A DNA stretch of 64,000 bases from Anaeramoeba ignava BMAN. Its lineage: Eukaryota; Protista; Anaeramoebae. Location of the stretch: NCBI GenBank assembly GCA_028826165.1, contig JAPDFW010000085.1, positions 124,001-188,000 of the forward strand, written 5' to 3'. This document shows positions 13,028 through 27,450 of this stretch, piece by piece. Within the stretch, counting starts at the first letter, position 1. Each line of letters opens with the position of its first letter. The translations under genes and the position numbers were made by a program. Below the pieces are notes generated by a model. It ran no database searches, had not been told where the DNA came from, and saw only the letters and a list, made by a program, of their open reading frames with translations.

Positions 13028-14356
13028 TATTTTTATTTAATTAGTTAAAAAAAAAAATAAAACGTAAAAATAATGAGAAAATTTGTTTGTTTTTTTTGTT
13101 TTTGAAAAATTTTTTTTAAAAAAAGAAAAAGAAAAGAAAAAAAAAAAGTGAAAAGAAAAATAAGAAAAGAAAATAATTAAAAAATTTTTTTTAAATTGAG
13201 AAATAAAAAAAAAAAAATTGTGGAAAAAACAATTTAGAAAATAAAATTTAATCCGATCTTAGTTATTAATAATTAAAATAAATCAAATAAAAGACGAAAA
13301 TTTTATGTTTAAATTTATTATTTTAAACCCTTTTTTTTTTTTAATTTTAACTTTTATCCCTTTCTTTATTTAATTTCTTATTGATCAAATTTTTTAATTA
13401 AATTTTTTTTTTTTTTAAATTAAAATTAAATAAAACTTTCTTTTTCAATAAATTGATCAAAATTTTATTCATTTTATTCAAATTTTAAATTAATAATTTA
13501 TTTTTTGTCATTCTTAAGATGAAAATTATTAATCTAATTTTTTCTTAAAAGTTGAATTATTTGGTTAAAAAAAAAAGGGGATTTTTTATTGATCGTTTTT
13601 TAATAAAAAATTTTTTTTTTTTTCATCTTCTTTTTTTTTAATTTTAATTTTTAATTTAATAATAATTTAAAAAAAAAAAAGCAAAAAAAAAAATCTAAAA
13701 CAATAAAAAATTTTGTGGAAATTCTTTAATTGAATTAAAAATAAATAAGAATTAATAATAGAAAATTTAATAAATTAAAGAAATAAAGCTGATCAATTTC
13801 AATTAAATTAAAAACCAAAAAAAAAAAGAATTGAAAGAATTGAAAGAATTAAAATAAAATGAATAAGAAATGGTTAATTAAGTTATGGATTAATTAATTA
13901 TTTTAATTTAAATTAAAAAAAAAAAGCAAAAAATAAAACAAAAAAAAAAAATTTTTTAATAAAATTGTTCACTTTGATGAGTTGTAAATTTTTCGATCGA
14001 TATTTTATCTTAAATTCCTTTAAATTTAACAAAATTGATCAAATAAGATGATTTTTTAATTTAAATTTTCTTTTTTTTGTTTTAAAATAATCTTTTTAAT
14101 TAAAAAATAAATAAAAAAAAATAATAAAACAAAATTCTGATCAAGAAAAAGTAAATTAAAAAAATAGCTGTATTTTTAATTTAATTTTAATTTAATTTAT
14201 AATTAAGTTTTTAAATTAATTTTTAGTTTGATAATTTAAAAGAAGAATAAATTTTTCCAAAATAAATTGAATAAATGAAAAAATAATTTAAACTTTCTTT
14301 TTGATTTTGATTTTAATTTTAATTTTATTCTTTTTAATTATTTAATTTTTGAAACA

Positions 14357-17300
14357 TTATTTTTTTAAAAAAGAAATTAATTGTGGAAGTTGTTGAGGAT
14401 CAAGTTGACAAACAAGAGGAGTTATTCCTGGTGTATAATGTGTTTTTTTTGAATAAAGAAGAATTGAATCCACTTCATTTTCAATTTCTATTGATTTCCA
14501 AATCTTCTCAAAATCTTCAATATTACAATTAAATAAAGGTAATTGTTGAAATTTTCTTTTGTTTGTTTGTGTAATTTCTGAAAAGTTTGGTTCTTCTTGA
14601 AGTTTTGAAGCAATCCAAAAAAATCTACAAATTTTTTTGGTTAGACAAAGTAATATAAATAATAAAAATAATAAATAAATTAATAAATAATAAATAAATA
14701 ATAATAATAATAAATAGGATTAGTAAGAGTATTTGATTCAAATCGATTTAAATCAATTTAAATCAATTCAGATCAATACTCAAATTAATTCAGATCAATA
14801 CAATCTTAATTATTTAATTCAAATCAAATCAATTCAGATCAATTAAATTAAATATTTAATATTCAAATGAATATTTAATATTTAAAATTTAGATCAATTT
14901 AATTTAATATTCAATTTAATTTAATTCAATATTAAGATCAATTTTTAATATTCAATTCAATATTAAGATCAATTTTTAATATTTAATTTAATATTTAATT
15001 CAATATTTAATATTTATTTCAATATTTAATTCAATATTCAATTCAATATTTAGATCAATTTAATTCAATATTTAATTTAATATTTAATATTTATTTCAAT
15101 TCAATTCAATTCAATTCAATATTCAATTCAATATTTAATTCAATATTCAATATTTAATATTCCAATTCAATATTTAATTTCAATATTCCAATATTCAATA
15201 TTCAATTCAATATTCAATTTATTCAATTCAATATTCAATTCAATTCAATATTCAATTTAATTCAATATTCAATATTCAATTCAATATTCAATTTAATTCA
15301 ATATTCAATATTCAATTCAATATTCAATTCAATATTTAGATCAATTTAATTCAATATTCAATATTCAATATTTAATTCAATTTAATATTTAATTCAATAT
15401 TCAATTCAATATTCAATTCAATTCAATTCAATTCAATATTCAATATTCAATTCAATATTTAATTCAATTCAATTCAATATTCAATATTCAATATTCAATT
15501 CAATTAAATTTAATATACAATTCAATATTCAATTTAATTCAATATTTAATTCAATATACAATTTAATATTTAGATCAATATTCAATATTTAATTCAATAT
15601 TCAATTTAATATTCAATTCAATATTCAATTCAATTCAATTCAATATTCAATTCAATATTCAATATTTAATTCAATATTTAATATTTAGATCAATATTCAA
15701 TTCAATATTCAATATTCAATTCAATTCAATTCAATTCAATATTTAGATCAATATTCAATTCAATATTTAGATCAATATTCAATTCAATATTCAATTCAAT
15801 TCAATTCAATATTTATTTCAATATTTAGATCAATATTCAATTCAATATTCAATTCAATATTCAATTCAATTCAATTCAATATTCAATTCAATATTTATTT
15901 CAATATTTAGATCAATATTCAATTCAATATTCAATTCAATTTAATTCAATTCAATTTAATATTCAATTCAATATTCAATTCAATTCAATATTCAATTCAA
16001 TATTCAATTCAATATTCAATTTAATATTTAATATTTATTTCAATATTTAGATCAATATTCAATTCAATTCAATTAAATATTCAATTCAATTCAATTCAAT
16101 ATTCAATTCAATATTTAGATCAATATTCAATTCAATTCAATATTTAATATTCAATTCAATATTAAGATCAATTTTTAATATTTAATTTAATATTTAATTT
16201 AATTTTTAATTTTTTTTATTTATTTAATTCAATATTCATTCAATATTCAATATTCAATTCAATATTTAGATCAATATTCAATTCAATTCAATATTTAATA
16301 TTTTAATATTCAATATTCAATTCAATTCAATTCAATATTAATATTCAATATTCAATATTCAATATTCAATTCGATATTTCAATTCAATATTTAATATTCA
16401 ATATTTAATTCAATATTCAATCAATATTCAATTCAATATTCAATATTCAATATTCAATCAACATATACAATTCAATATTCAATATTTAATTCAATCCAAT
16501 AATTTCAATATTCAATTTAATAATATTCAATATTTTATTCAATATTCAATATTCAATATTTATATCATTCAATTCAATTCAATATTCATTTCAATTCAAT
16601 TCAATTCCAAATTCAATATTTACCCAATATTCAATTCAATATTCAATTCAATTCAAATTTAATTCAATATTTAATTCAATATTCAATTCAATTCAATATA
16701 CAATTCAATATTCAATATTTAATTCAATATTCAATTCAATTCAATTCAATATTCAATATTCAATTCAATATTCAATTCAATTCAGCCTTACCAATATTCA
16801 ATATTTAATTCATTTCAATATTCAATTCAATATTCAATTCAATTCAATATTCAATTCAATTCAATATTCAATATTCAATTCCAATTCAATTCAATATTCA
16901 ATATTCATTTCAATATTGATTCATTCAATTCAATTCAATTCCAATTCAATTTCAATTCATTTTAATATTTAATATTTATTTCAATTCAATTCAATTCCAA
17001 TAAATATTCAATTCAATATTTAGATCAATATTCAATATTTAATTTAATTCAATATTCAATTTAATATTTAGATCAATATTCAATATTCAATTCAATATTT
17101 TATTTATTCAATTCAATATTTAATATTCAATTCAATTCAATATGCCATTCAATTCCAATATTCCCAATATTCAATTTCAATATTTCAATTCATTCAATTC
17201 ACCAATTCAATTCAATTTCAATATTCATATTCAATTCAATTTCAATATTCAATTTACCAATTCAATATTCAATTAATTCAATATTTCAATTCAATATTTG

Positions 17301-18770
17301 AATTTCAATATTTCAATATTCAATTCAATTCAATATTCAATTTTTAATTCAATTCAATATATTCAATTCAATTCGATTCTATTCAATTCAATATTCAATT
17401 CAATATTCAATTCAATATTCCAATATATTCAATTCAATTCAATTCAATTCAATTCAATTCAATTTCCAATTCAATAAATTCAATATTTAATTCAATATTC
17501 AATTCAATATTAAATTCAATTCAATATTAAATTCAATTCAATTCAATTCAATTCAATTCAATTTAATATTTAATATTTATTTCAATATTCAATTCAATTC
17601 AATTCAATATTTAATTTAATATTTAATATTTAGATCAATATTTATTTCAATTCAATTCAATTCAATTCAATATTCAATTCAATTCAATATTCAATATTCA
17701 ATTCAATTTAATATTTAATATTTATTTCAATATTCAATTCAATTCAATTTAATATTTAATATTTATTTCAATTCAATTCAATTCAATTCAATTCAATATT
17801 TAATTCAATATTTAGATCAATATTCAATTCAATTCAATTAAATTCAATTTAATTCAATTCAATATTTAATGTTCAATATTCAATTTTTAATATTTAAATT
17901 AATCCAAAAAGTATTTAATATTGAAAAAAAAACAAAACCTAAATTCTGCTTCTGTATTATAAAATTCACATCCATTCCAACACATAACATCAAGAATATA
18001 ATAAACATTTTCAATACTTTTTTGAGTTTGAGGTAAATAAAAACAATCCAAAATTGAGAAAACTTTTTTATTAAAAGAACCATAAAAAGATCCACCAGGT
18101 AAAAGACTCGAAAAAATTTCTATAATTTCACCATTCATTTGTCTTGAGATAGTCATTCCGCCAGTAGAAATAATCATGCATCTCTTGTACTCCTTTGGTA
18201 TAGGTATTGAATACCAATTTTCCTCTAAATCTTCCGGTATTTCTTCAAGTTTTTCTGGAATAATAAATTGTCGATGAAAATTTTTTTGTAAATTCTTTTT
18301 CTTATTCTTTTGTCTTCTTTTAGGAAATTTCCTTGATTTTTCAACTTGCATTTGATCAACCTTTTGATTTTCTTTTAAATTTTCAATTTCAATTTGATTT
18401 TGATTTTGATTTTGATTTTGATTTTCAATTTCAATTTCATTTTCCATTTGATTTTGATTTTGATTTAAATTTTGATTTTCATTTAAATTTAGATTTTGAT
18501 TTTGATTTTGATTTTGATTTTGATTTAAATTTTGATTTTGATTTTGATTTTGATTTTGATTTTGATTTGATTTTGATTTAAATTTGATTCTAAATTTGAT
18601 TCTAAATTTGATTCTAAATTTGATTTTGTTTGTTCAATAAGTAGTTTTCTTGCTTCAAGAAAATAATTTTTCCTTTTTTGAGTTTGTTTTTCTAAAAATT
18701 CTTTCCTTCTTTGTTCTTGTTGTTGATTTATTTTTCCATCTTGATTAAAAATTAAAAATTTATTATTCAT
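14357..18770 (-). CDS. SNUPN: Snurportin-1 (m3G-cap snRNP import adaptor); exons 18770-17939 (1-nt frameshift in QN tract ~18560) and 14624-14357
   Basis: IBB-like QEQRRKEFLEKQTQKRKNYFLEARKL; cap-binding domain PEDLEENW..P.KRC, FSSLLPGG, ILDC, YYILDVMCWNG..YNTEAEFR|FFWIASKL, HYTPGITPLV. Confidence 0.9.
14740..17880. repeat. Intronic (ATTCA)/(ATATTCA)n satellite with interspersed TTTAGATCA, snurportin intron 14625-17938
   Basis: Visible array; the middle (16400-17450) is degenerate or error-rich. Confidence 0.95.
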
Positions 18771-18916
18771 AATTGAAAACTCGAAAAAAAGAAATTCAAA
18801 AAAAAAGAAAAAAAATGGAAATAAAAATCGGAAAAAAAAAATATTTTATTTTTGATTATTTTTTTTTTAACGGTTTTTTCTTTTAAAAATTAAAAAAAAA
18901 ATAAATTTGTTTTTGT

Positions 18917-21194
18917 TTATAAAATTAAACAATTCTTTTTTTCTTGAGAATAATAATAATTATTATTTGTTTCTTCTGGAGGAGGAATTTGAAAGAAATT
19001 AATTGTAATTTTTTCTTGTTTTCTTTTTTTAGTTAATCTTTTTGGAAGTTTTTTTAAATTTTTATTTCCTTCAAGTGATAATTCAGTTAATAATTCAAGA
19101 GGATCAAAAATTTCATCAGAAAGTTTAGTAATTTGATTAAAAGAAAGATCAAGTGAATTTAAGTGAGTAAGTTTATTAAAAAAAAGTGGAACATTTATGA
19201 TACTATTTGCTCGAAAAGATAACTAATTAAAATTATAAAAAAATTTTTATCCGAATTTTAAATTTTTATCCGATTTTAAATTTTAATTTTATAAATGAAT
19301 TTAAATTTTAATTTTATAAATGAATTTTAATTTTATAAATGAATTTTAATTTGATAAATGAATTTTAATTTTATATTTTAATAAATTTTATAAATGAATT
19401 TTATAAATGAATTTAAATTTTAATAATTTTATAAATGAATTTTAATTTTATAAATGAATTTTAATTTTAATTTTTATCCGATTTTAAATTTTATAAATGA
19501 ATTTTAATATTAATATTAATTTTATAAATGAATTTTAATTTTAATTTTAAATTTTATAAATGAATTTTATAAATGAATTTTAATTTTATATTTTAATAAA
19601 TTTGATAAATGAATTTTAATTTTAATTTTAATTTTATAAATGAATTTTATAAATGAATTTTAATTTTATAAATGAATTTTAATTTTAAATTTTAATTTTA
19701 ATTTTAATTTTAATTTTATATTTTAAATAAATTTTATAAATGAATTTTAAAAATACTTCATTTAAAGAAGTGCAATATTGAAATGAATCAGGAATTGAAC
19801 TAATTTTGTTTTTTTCAAAAGAAAGTTTTCTTAATCTTTTCATTTGACCAAAAGAATCAGGAATTAAAGAAATAGAATTATAAGCACAATTTAATTCAAG
19901 TAAATTCGGACAATTTTTACCAAAATCTTGAGGTAAAGTCGAAAGTTGATTTTTAGAAATATCAATATAAGAAAGATAAGGAGAAACAGAAGAAACAGAA
20001 AAAGTTTTAAGACCACAACTAAATAAAAAAAGTGATTGAAGTGAATCTGGTAAATCAGGTTTAAATTCCTTCATAAATGTGTAATTTCTTAAATCAACTT
20101 TTGCACAATGTGGTGGCAAAATAATAGAATCTCCTCGATCAATTGAGCTGTAATTTGAATTTGATTCAATTGATAGAAAACATCTTAATTGGGGAAGTTC
20201 AACAAGATTTCTCAATTTGAAGCTATATTTTGAAAGTGAAACATCCAATTTGGCAAGATTCTTCATGTTTTCAAAAAAATTATCGGATAATAAAGATTGT
20301 TGAGAATCTAGTCCATTTGATAAATTGAGTTCGATTAATTTGGGTAATAATTCCCATTGGATTTGCAATGATAAATGACATCCTGAAATATCCAAAAAAG
20401 TGATATTGGGCATATTTAATAAAATTCCATTAAGATTTTGATTTTTTAAACTTGAATTTAAATTTAAATAAGTTATTTTTTTGAAATTTTCAAGATTTTC
20501 TAATTGTTGAACGTCAGAATCACTTAATCTAACTTTGACCAGTTCAAGTCGTTCAATATTTGAAAGAAAACGGAATTGAAACGGTTCATCTTGATAAGCA
20601 TTATAAGTTGGTCTTGAAACAGAAAAATTAGTTAAATTTGAACAATTTTTCAAAAAGGATTCTGATCGAACATTGCAAGAAAAGTCAACAAAAGAAAGTG
20701 ATTCAATAGGACAAGCTTGAAGTAAGTTGCTTATTTCATTGATCCATGTGTATGGCACAACCTCAAATGAAATGGTTCGTAGGTTTCTGCATTTGTGTAA
20801 GAGCGTCAAACAGTTGACTTCTTTTGATCCACAATTACATAAATAAATTGATTTTAAAAAATCAGTTATTATTGGCTTCATTTTTTTTTCTGTTGGTTTT
20901 GAAATGTATAATTTGTCCCATAAAAATGGATCAAGTGCTAATTCAGACCATCTTTTACAAACAAAAACAACTTTTCTTAGTTCAGTATTTCTGAAAAAAC
21001 TGAAAATGTATTGAATAATCTTTATTTTTTTTTAAATTATTTTTATTTTTATTTTAATTTTAAATTAATTTTTTATATTTTACTTCATCTTGTAAAAGTT
21101 CATCTAAAGTTGTTCCAATTTCTTCATTATCTTCAATTTCTAAATTTTCATTTTCATTTTCAATTTCAATTTCTGGATTTTCATTTGAATTCAT
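18917..21194 (-). CDS. F-box/LRR-repeat protein (exons 21194-21084, 21019-19757, 19222-18917)
   Basis: Spliced F-box LDELLQDE|IIQYIFSFFRNTELRKVVFVCKRWSELALDPFLW followed by LRRs (LSYIDISKNQLSTLP, LRKLSFEKNKISSIP, LNSLDLSFNQITKL). Confidence 0.88.
19250..19750. repeat. Intronic repeat (ATAAATGAATTTT[AATTTT])n
   Basis: Visible within intron 19223-19756. Confidence 0.85.
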
Positions 21195-21269
21195 TTTTTA
21201 AATAAAAAAAAAATAAAAAAATAAAAAATAAATTTCATTTTTTTTTCATTTTTTTTCTCTTTTTTTGAA

Positions 21270-24200
21270 ATGAATTATTCAATATTGTTATTTTCCTTTT
21301 TATTTTTCTTTTGTTTTTCACAATCAGAAAAACAATTTAATATTTCCAAATATGAAGATTTTCTTTTTAAAGGTTTTTAAAAAGAAATTTAAAACATTTA
21401 TAAATAAATTTAAAAATAAATTTAAACACAAATTTATAAATAAATTTAATAATAAATTTAATAATAAATTTAAACACAAATTTAAACATAAATTTAAACA
21501 TAAATTTAAACATAAATTTAAAAATAAATTTAAAACAAATTTTAAAATTTAAATTTAAAACACAAATTTAAAACACAAATTTAAAACAAATTTAATAATA
21601 AATTTAAACATAAATTTAAACACAAATTTAAACATAAATTTAAAAATAAATTTAAACATAAATTTAAACATAAATTTAAACATAAATTTAAACATAAATT
21701 TAAACATAAATTTAAACATAAATTTAAACATAAATTTAAACATAAATTTAAACATAAATTTAAACACAAATTTAAACAAATTTAATAATAAATTTAAACA
21801 CAAATTTAATAATAAATTTAAACACAAATTTAATAATAAATTTAAACACAAATTTAATAATAAATTTAAACACAAATTTATAAATAAATTTAATAATAAA
21901 TTTAAACACAATTTAAACACAAATTTAATAACAAATTTAAACATAAATTTAATAACAAATTTAAACGCAAATTTAAAAATAAATTTAAACATAAATTTAA
22001 ACACAAATTTAAACATAAATTTAATAATAAATTTAAACACAAATTTAAACACAAATTTAAAACATTTAAACATAAATTTAAACACAAATTTAATAATAAA
22101 TTTAAACATAAATTTAAACATAAATTTAAACACAAATTTAAACATAAATTTAATAATAAATTTAATAATAAATTTAAACATAAATTTAAACATAAATTTA
22201 ATAACAAATTTAAACATAAATTTAAACACAAATTTAAACACAAATTTAAAAATAAATTTAAAAATAAATTTAAACACAAATTTAATAACAAATTTAAAAA
22301 TAAATTTAAAAATAAATTTAAACATAAATTTAAACATAAATTTAAACATAAATTTAAACACAAATTTAAAACACAAATTTAAACATAAATTTAATAATAA
22401 ATTTAATAATAAATTTAAACATAAATTTAAACACAAATTTAAACATAAATTTAAACATAAATTTAAACACAAATTTAAAAAGAAATTTAAAACATTTATA
22501 AATAAATTTAAACACAAATTTAAAAATAAATTTAAACACAAATTTATAAATAAATTCATAAATAAATTTAAACACAAATTTAAACATAAATTTAAACACA
22601 AATTTAAACACAAATTTAAACATAAATTTAATAATAAATTTAATAATAAATTTAAAAACAAATTTAAACACAAATTTAATAAATAAATTTAAACACAAAT
22701 TTAAACACAAATTTAAACACAAATTTAATAATAAATTTAAAACAAATTTAAACATAAATTTAAACACAAATTTAAACATAAATTTAAACATAAATTTAAA
22801 CACAAATTTAAACATAAATTTAATAATAAATTTAAACATAAATTTAAACACAAATTTAATAATAAATTTAAACAGAAAAACGTATTTATAAAAAAATAAT
22901 TAACTCTAAAATTGTTTTTGTTTTTGTTTTTGTTTTTTATAGGTTCTTGGATAAAATCAAATTCAAATTCTGAAATTAATATTTATCTTACCCGTGAAAC
23001 TGGAAATGCTTTTCTTCATTTTAATAATTCAAATTTTACAGCTGAACCTTTTATTGTTCGAGTAAATAAATTCAAAATTAAATTCAAAATTCAAAATTCA
23101 AAATCAAAATTCAAATTCAAATTCAAATTCAAAATTCAAATTCAAATTCAAAATTCAAAATTCAAATTCAAAATTAAATTCAAATTCAAAATTAAATTCA
23201 AATTCAAAATTCAAATTCAAATTCAAAATTCAAAATCAAAATCAAAATTCAAATTCAAATTCAAATTCAAATTCAAAAGGGTTATTTAACACTTGAAGAT
23301 GGGACTTATTTAGATGATCCAAAACATTTTTTATTTTTTGTTGGTGAATATGATACTATTACCAAAAAAATTCATGGGCCAGCATTATCTCTTCCGTAAC
23401 AATTAATATTCAAATAATTTATATTCAAATAATTTATATTCAAATAATTTATATTTAAATTTTATATTCAAATATTTTATATTTAAATAATTTATATTCA
23501 AATAATTTATATTTAAATAAATTATATTTAAATAAATTATATTTAAATAATTTATATTGAAATAATTTATATTTAAATAATTTATATTCAAATAATTTAT
23601 ATTCAAATAATTTATATTTAAATAATTTATATTTAAATAATTTATATTGAAATAATTTATATTGAAATAATTTATATTTAAATAATTAATATTTTTAAAT
23701 AATTTAATATTTAAATAATTTATATTCAAATAATTTAATATTAAAAATAATTTATATTGAAATAATTTATATTTAAATAATTTATATTCCAAATAATTTA
23801 TATTCAAATAATTTATATTTAAATCTATTCAAATAATTTATATTCAAATAATTTATATTCCAAATAATTTTATATTTAAATAATTTATATTTAAATAATT
23901 TATTTAAGTTTTTAATTTAGAAAATTTAAATTTTTCGGAATAAAATTCAAAAATATTGAAATAATTTATATTCTAAATGATTCAATTCGTATTTAAATAA
24001 TTTATATTTAAATAATTTATATTGAAATCAATAATTTATATTTAAATATTGTTTTTATATTTCAAATAATTTATATTTAAATGAAAATAATTTATAGTTC
24101 AAGGAATTTTTTAATTTAAGTTTTTGTAGAAAATGAATATTTTTTGAAAATAAATGAATGATTCAAAATTATAACAAGAACATAAAAATTTTGATCGAAA

Positions 24201-25712
24201 AATCAAAAGAATTGGATTTATATTGTTTTTGATTTATTAATTTTTGAAAATAATCGAGTTTTTGTAAAAAAAAATGAATATTCCTTTAAATTATAAATTA
24301 TAAATTTAATACAAAAAAATTATATTCATTAAATTATAAATTATAAAATTAAAAATTAAAAATTATAAATTAAAAATTATAAATTAAAAATTAAAAATTA
24401 TATAAATTAAAAATTATAAATTAAAAATTATATAAATTAAAAATTATAAATTAAAAATTATAAATTAAAAATTATAAATTAAAAATTATAAATTAAAAAT
24501 TATATAAATAGGCAAGCATATTCCAAATATTCTTCTTAATTAAACAAATGGATTTTGCAAATACTGATGCAGTAAAAAAAAAAAAAAGAAATAAAATTTG
24601 GTTGTTTTTTAAATTTAATTTTTATTCAAATTTAATTGATAGAGTTGGACAAAAATATCAAGAATGTGTATCGGTCTTCAATTAATATTAGATAGTTATT
24701 TATCATTATTTCATTTAAATATAGCATTAGCTTTTAGTAATTAAACAAATCAAATATTAAAAAAAATTAATTAACTAACTAAATTTTGAAAAAAAATTTT
24801 TCAATTTTAGATTCACAATTTAAAGCATTTACATTTTTATCATTTCTTGGATTTGTTTTGTTTTCAATATTTGAAGACAGATTTCTATTTTCGATTTGGA
24901 GAGTGAGAAGAAGTGATAGATTTTCAGAAAATCCTTATAGACAAAAATATATTCTTTATGGTCAATTATGTAAATTAAATATTAATTTAAATATTAATTT
25001 AAATATTTATTTCATCTTGATTTTAAGTTTTTGGAATGATGGCAGGTGTATTTTTATTTGCAAATTTTCCAGGAGGTTTTAAATTTATTGTTACATTTTT
25101 TTACTCATTTTGGTTATTTCAAATTATAAGAAATATAAGACTTGATTCAAGAGAAAGTTTAACACCGTATTTACAAATAATTAACAACAAAAATTTTTAT
25201 CCGATTTTTATTTTTATTATTTTTATTATTTTTATTTTTAGTATTTACTTTTTTGGAACTTCTTTATGTCGTTTGGTTTTTCCTTTATATTTCCTTTGGA
25301 ATTCTTCAAACTTCCTTAGAATAAGACCTGCTCCCGGTTTTGGAATTTTTTTATTATTCTATGTTATGATTCAATCAATAGTTATATATCTCCAAGATAA
25401 ATTTGGATCACGTTTTTTCATTCCAAAAAAAGTAAAAAGCAAAAAAAAAAGCAAAAAATCTTCTTGTTTTTTTTAAATTAAACCAAATAAATATTCTTGT
25501 TTTTGTTTTTGTTTTAGTTTCTTCCTCAAAAATACAATTATTTTCAACAAAGAGAACTTTCAGATAATTTTTGTGTAATTTGTAGATGTGAAATTGAAGA
25601 TGATTATATGATTACTCCTTGTAATCATTTTTTCCATAGAACTTGTTTACAAAGATGGATGGAATTGAAATTAGAATGTCCAACTTGTAGATCTCCTTTA
25701 CCTCCTCCTTAA
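21270..25712 (+). CDS. TUL1: Tul1/Dsc1/FLY1-type Golgi multi-TM RING-H2 E3 ligase (multi-exon; luminal-domain exon(s) ~23900-24300 garbled)
   Basis: Signal peptide MNYSILLFSFLFFFCFSQ; luminal GYLTLEDGTY; TM region QIFFLIKQM...KIS...ILDSYL, YSFWLFQIIRNI, LQDKFGSRFFIPK|FLPQKYNY; RING-H2 CVICRCEIEDDYMITPCNHFFHRTCLQRWMELKLECPTCRSPLPPP*. Confidence 0.85.
21385..22870 (+). repeat. Intronic 12-bp satellite (AAATTTAAACAC / AAATTTAAACAT / AAATTTAATAAT)n
   Basis: Visible within intron 21373-22942; source of the spurious CLNL and FKFM ORFs. Confidence 0.95.
23405..23900 (+). repeat. Intronic 15-bp repeat (AAATAATTTATATTY)n
   Basis: Visible tandem array. Confidence 0.9.
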
Positions 25713-25986
25713 TTGATTTTAATTTTTTGAAAAAGAAAAGAAAACAAAAGAAAACAAAATTTTGGAAAAAAAAAATTTTTTTTTTTTGAGAATTTTTTTT
25801 TGAGAATTTTTGATAAATAAAACAAAAACAAAAACAAAAACAAAAACAAAAACAAAAACAATTTTAGATTTAATTAATTTTTCTTTTTAAATTGAACCGT
25901 TAAAATTCGTTATTCTTTTTTTATTTAAAATTTAAAATTTAATTTTCATTTTTAATTTAATTTTTATTTTTATTTTTTAATTTTTA

Positions 25987-27295
25987 ATGAATTTATTATT
26001 TAGAAAAACTTCACTTAAATTTCTTTTCCAAAATTTTAATGGAAAAAAAAATAAAACAAAAAAACAAATTGAAAATTCAAAAAAACCAATTGAAAATTCA
26101 AAAAAAATGTTAGAAAAAATTAAACAAGAAAAGAAAAACAAACATAAAATTAAAAAAACAGTTCAAAACAAAAAAGAAACAAAAGAAAATCTTAACGTTT
26201 CGAATATTGAAGAAAATAAAGAAAATAATGGGAAAAAAAAAGAACAAAAACCAAAACATAAAAGACAAATAAAAAAAACAAAATTTCGATTATTTAAAAC
26301 AAAAAGAAACGGTAAATAATTATAAAAATTTTTAATTTTAATTTGTAATTTTTAATTTGTAATTTCTAAATTTAAAAAAAAATTTAGAAGAAGAAAAACA
26401 AAAAGAAGAACAACAAAAAGTGGAACAAAAAGAAGAAAAAGAGCAAATTCGAGATATTGACAAACAATACTCAGATAATCCACTTATGGTTACCGAATAT
26501 GTTCAGAATATTTTCGAAAACATGCAAAAAGAAGAAAATTCACTTCAGGGTTCAAAAGATTATTTTGAAAAAATACAAACTCAAATCAATCCTTTAATGA
26601 GAAAAATTTTAATCAATTGGATCAGCGAAATTTGCAATGAATACAATTTACACAGTGAAACACTATATTTAGCGGTGAATTATATCGACCGATTCCTTTC
26701 CAAAAACAACATTACAAAAAGAAAACTCCAATTAATTGGAATCACTTGTTTGTTTATTGCAAGTAAATATGAGGAAATTTATCCTCCAGATCTTGATGAG
26801 TTTGTTGATTTGTGCGCTGGAACTTATTCAAGAGAAGAAGTTCTTGATTGTGAAATTAAATTATGTAATTCGTTAGAATTCAAACTGACAGCTTTGACAG
26901 CTAAACATTTTTTAAGAAGATTCATAATTGCTTCTGAATATGATTTCAAGTTGGTTCTTCTTGCAAATTATTTATGCGAACTTCAGCTTCTTGAATACAC
27001 ATTCATCCAATTCTCACCTTCAATTATTGCTGCTTCTTGTGTGGCACTTTCTAATTTAATAACCAAAAAAACAAATGTTTTTGATTCAACTTTGGAATTT
27101 TATTCAAATCATAAATTAATTGAGTTAAAATCTTGTATGTTTGAATTACTTAAGTTATTTCGTCAAGCTTCTTCACAAAAATTTAATTTTCCTTTTAAAA
27201 AATATTCAAAAGAAGAAATGCATCAAGTTAGTCAAATTGAACTTGATCCAAATTTGGATGTTTTTTTTTCTGAAATTGGAATGAATAAAAATTAA
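25987..27295 (+). CDS. Cyclin A/B-type mitotic cyclin (intron ~26312-26387)
   Basis: Cyclin box MRKILINW...LHSETLYLAVNYIDRFLS...KLQLIGITCLFIASKYEEIYPP; KEN motifs in the N-terminal region. Confidence 0.92.
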
Positions 27296-27450
27296 AACAA
27301 GATTTATATTTTTTTTTTCCAATTAAATTTGGAATTTTTAAATAAAACGTTTTTCTTTTTTAAAAATAATTTAAATTAAAAAAATTTTTTTTCATTTTTT
27401 TTTTTTCATTTTTTTTTATTTTTTTGCTTTTTTTTTAGTTTAAATTTTCA

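Noticed and set aside
18540-18580. Frameshift in the snurportin QN tract as programmed frameshifting
   Set aside because: A single missing A in (AATCAA)n restores the frame; typical consensus error, with no slippery site or structure evident
21352-22851. Long ORFs (372, 161, 153 aa) of CLNL/FKFM repeats, and similar ILIL, DFDF, KIKI, FYLDFYL ORFs elsewhere
   Set aside because: Stop-free frames of satellites with a period divisible by 3, lying in introns or spacers; no coding complexity
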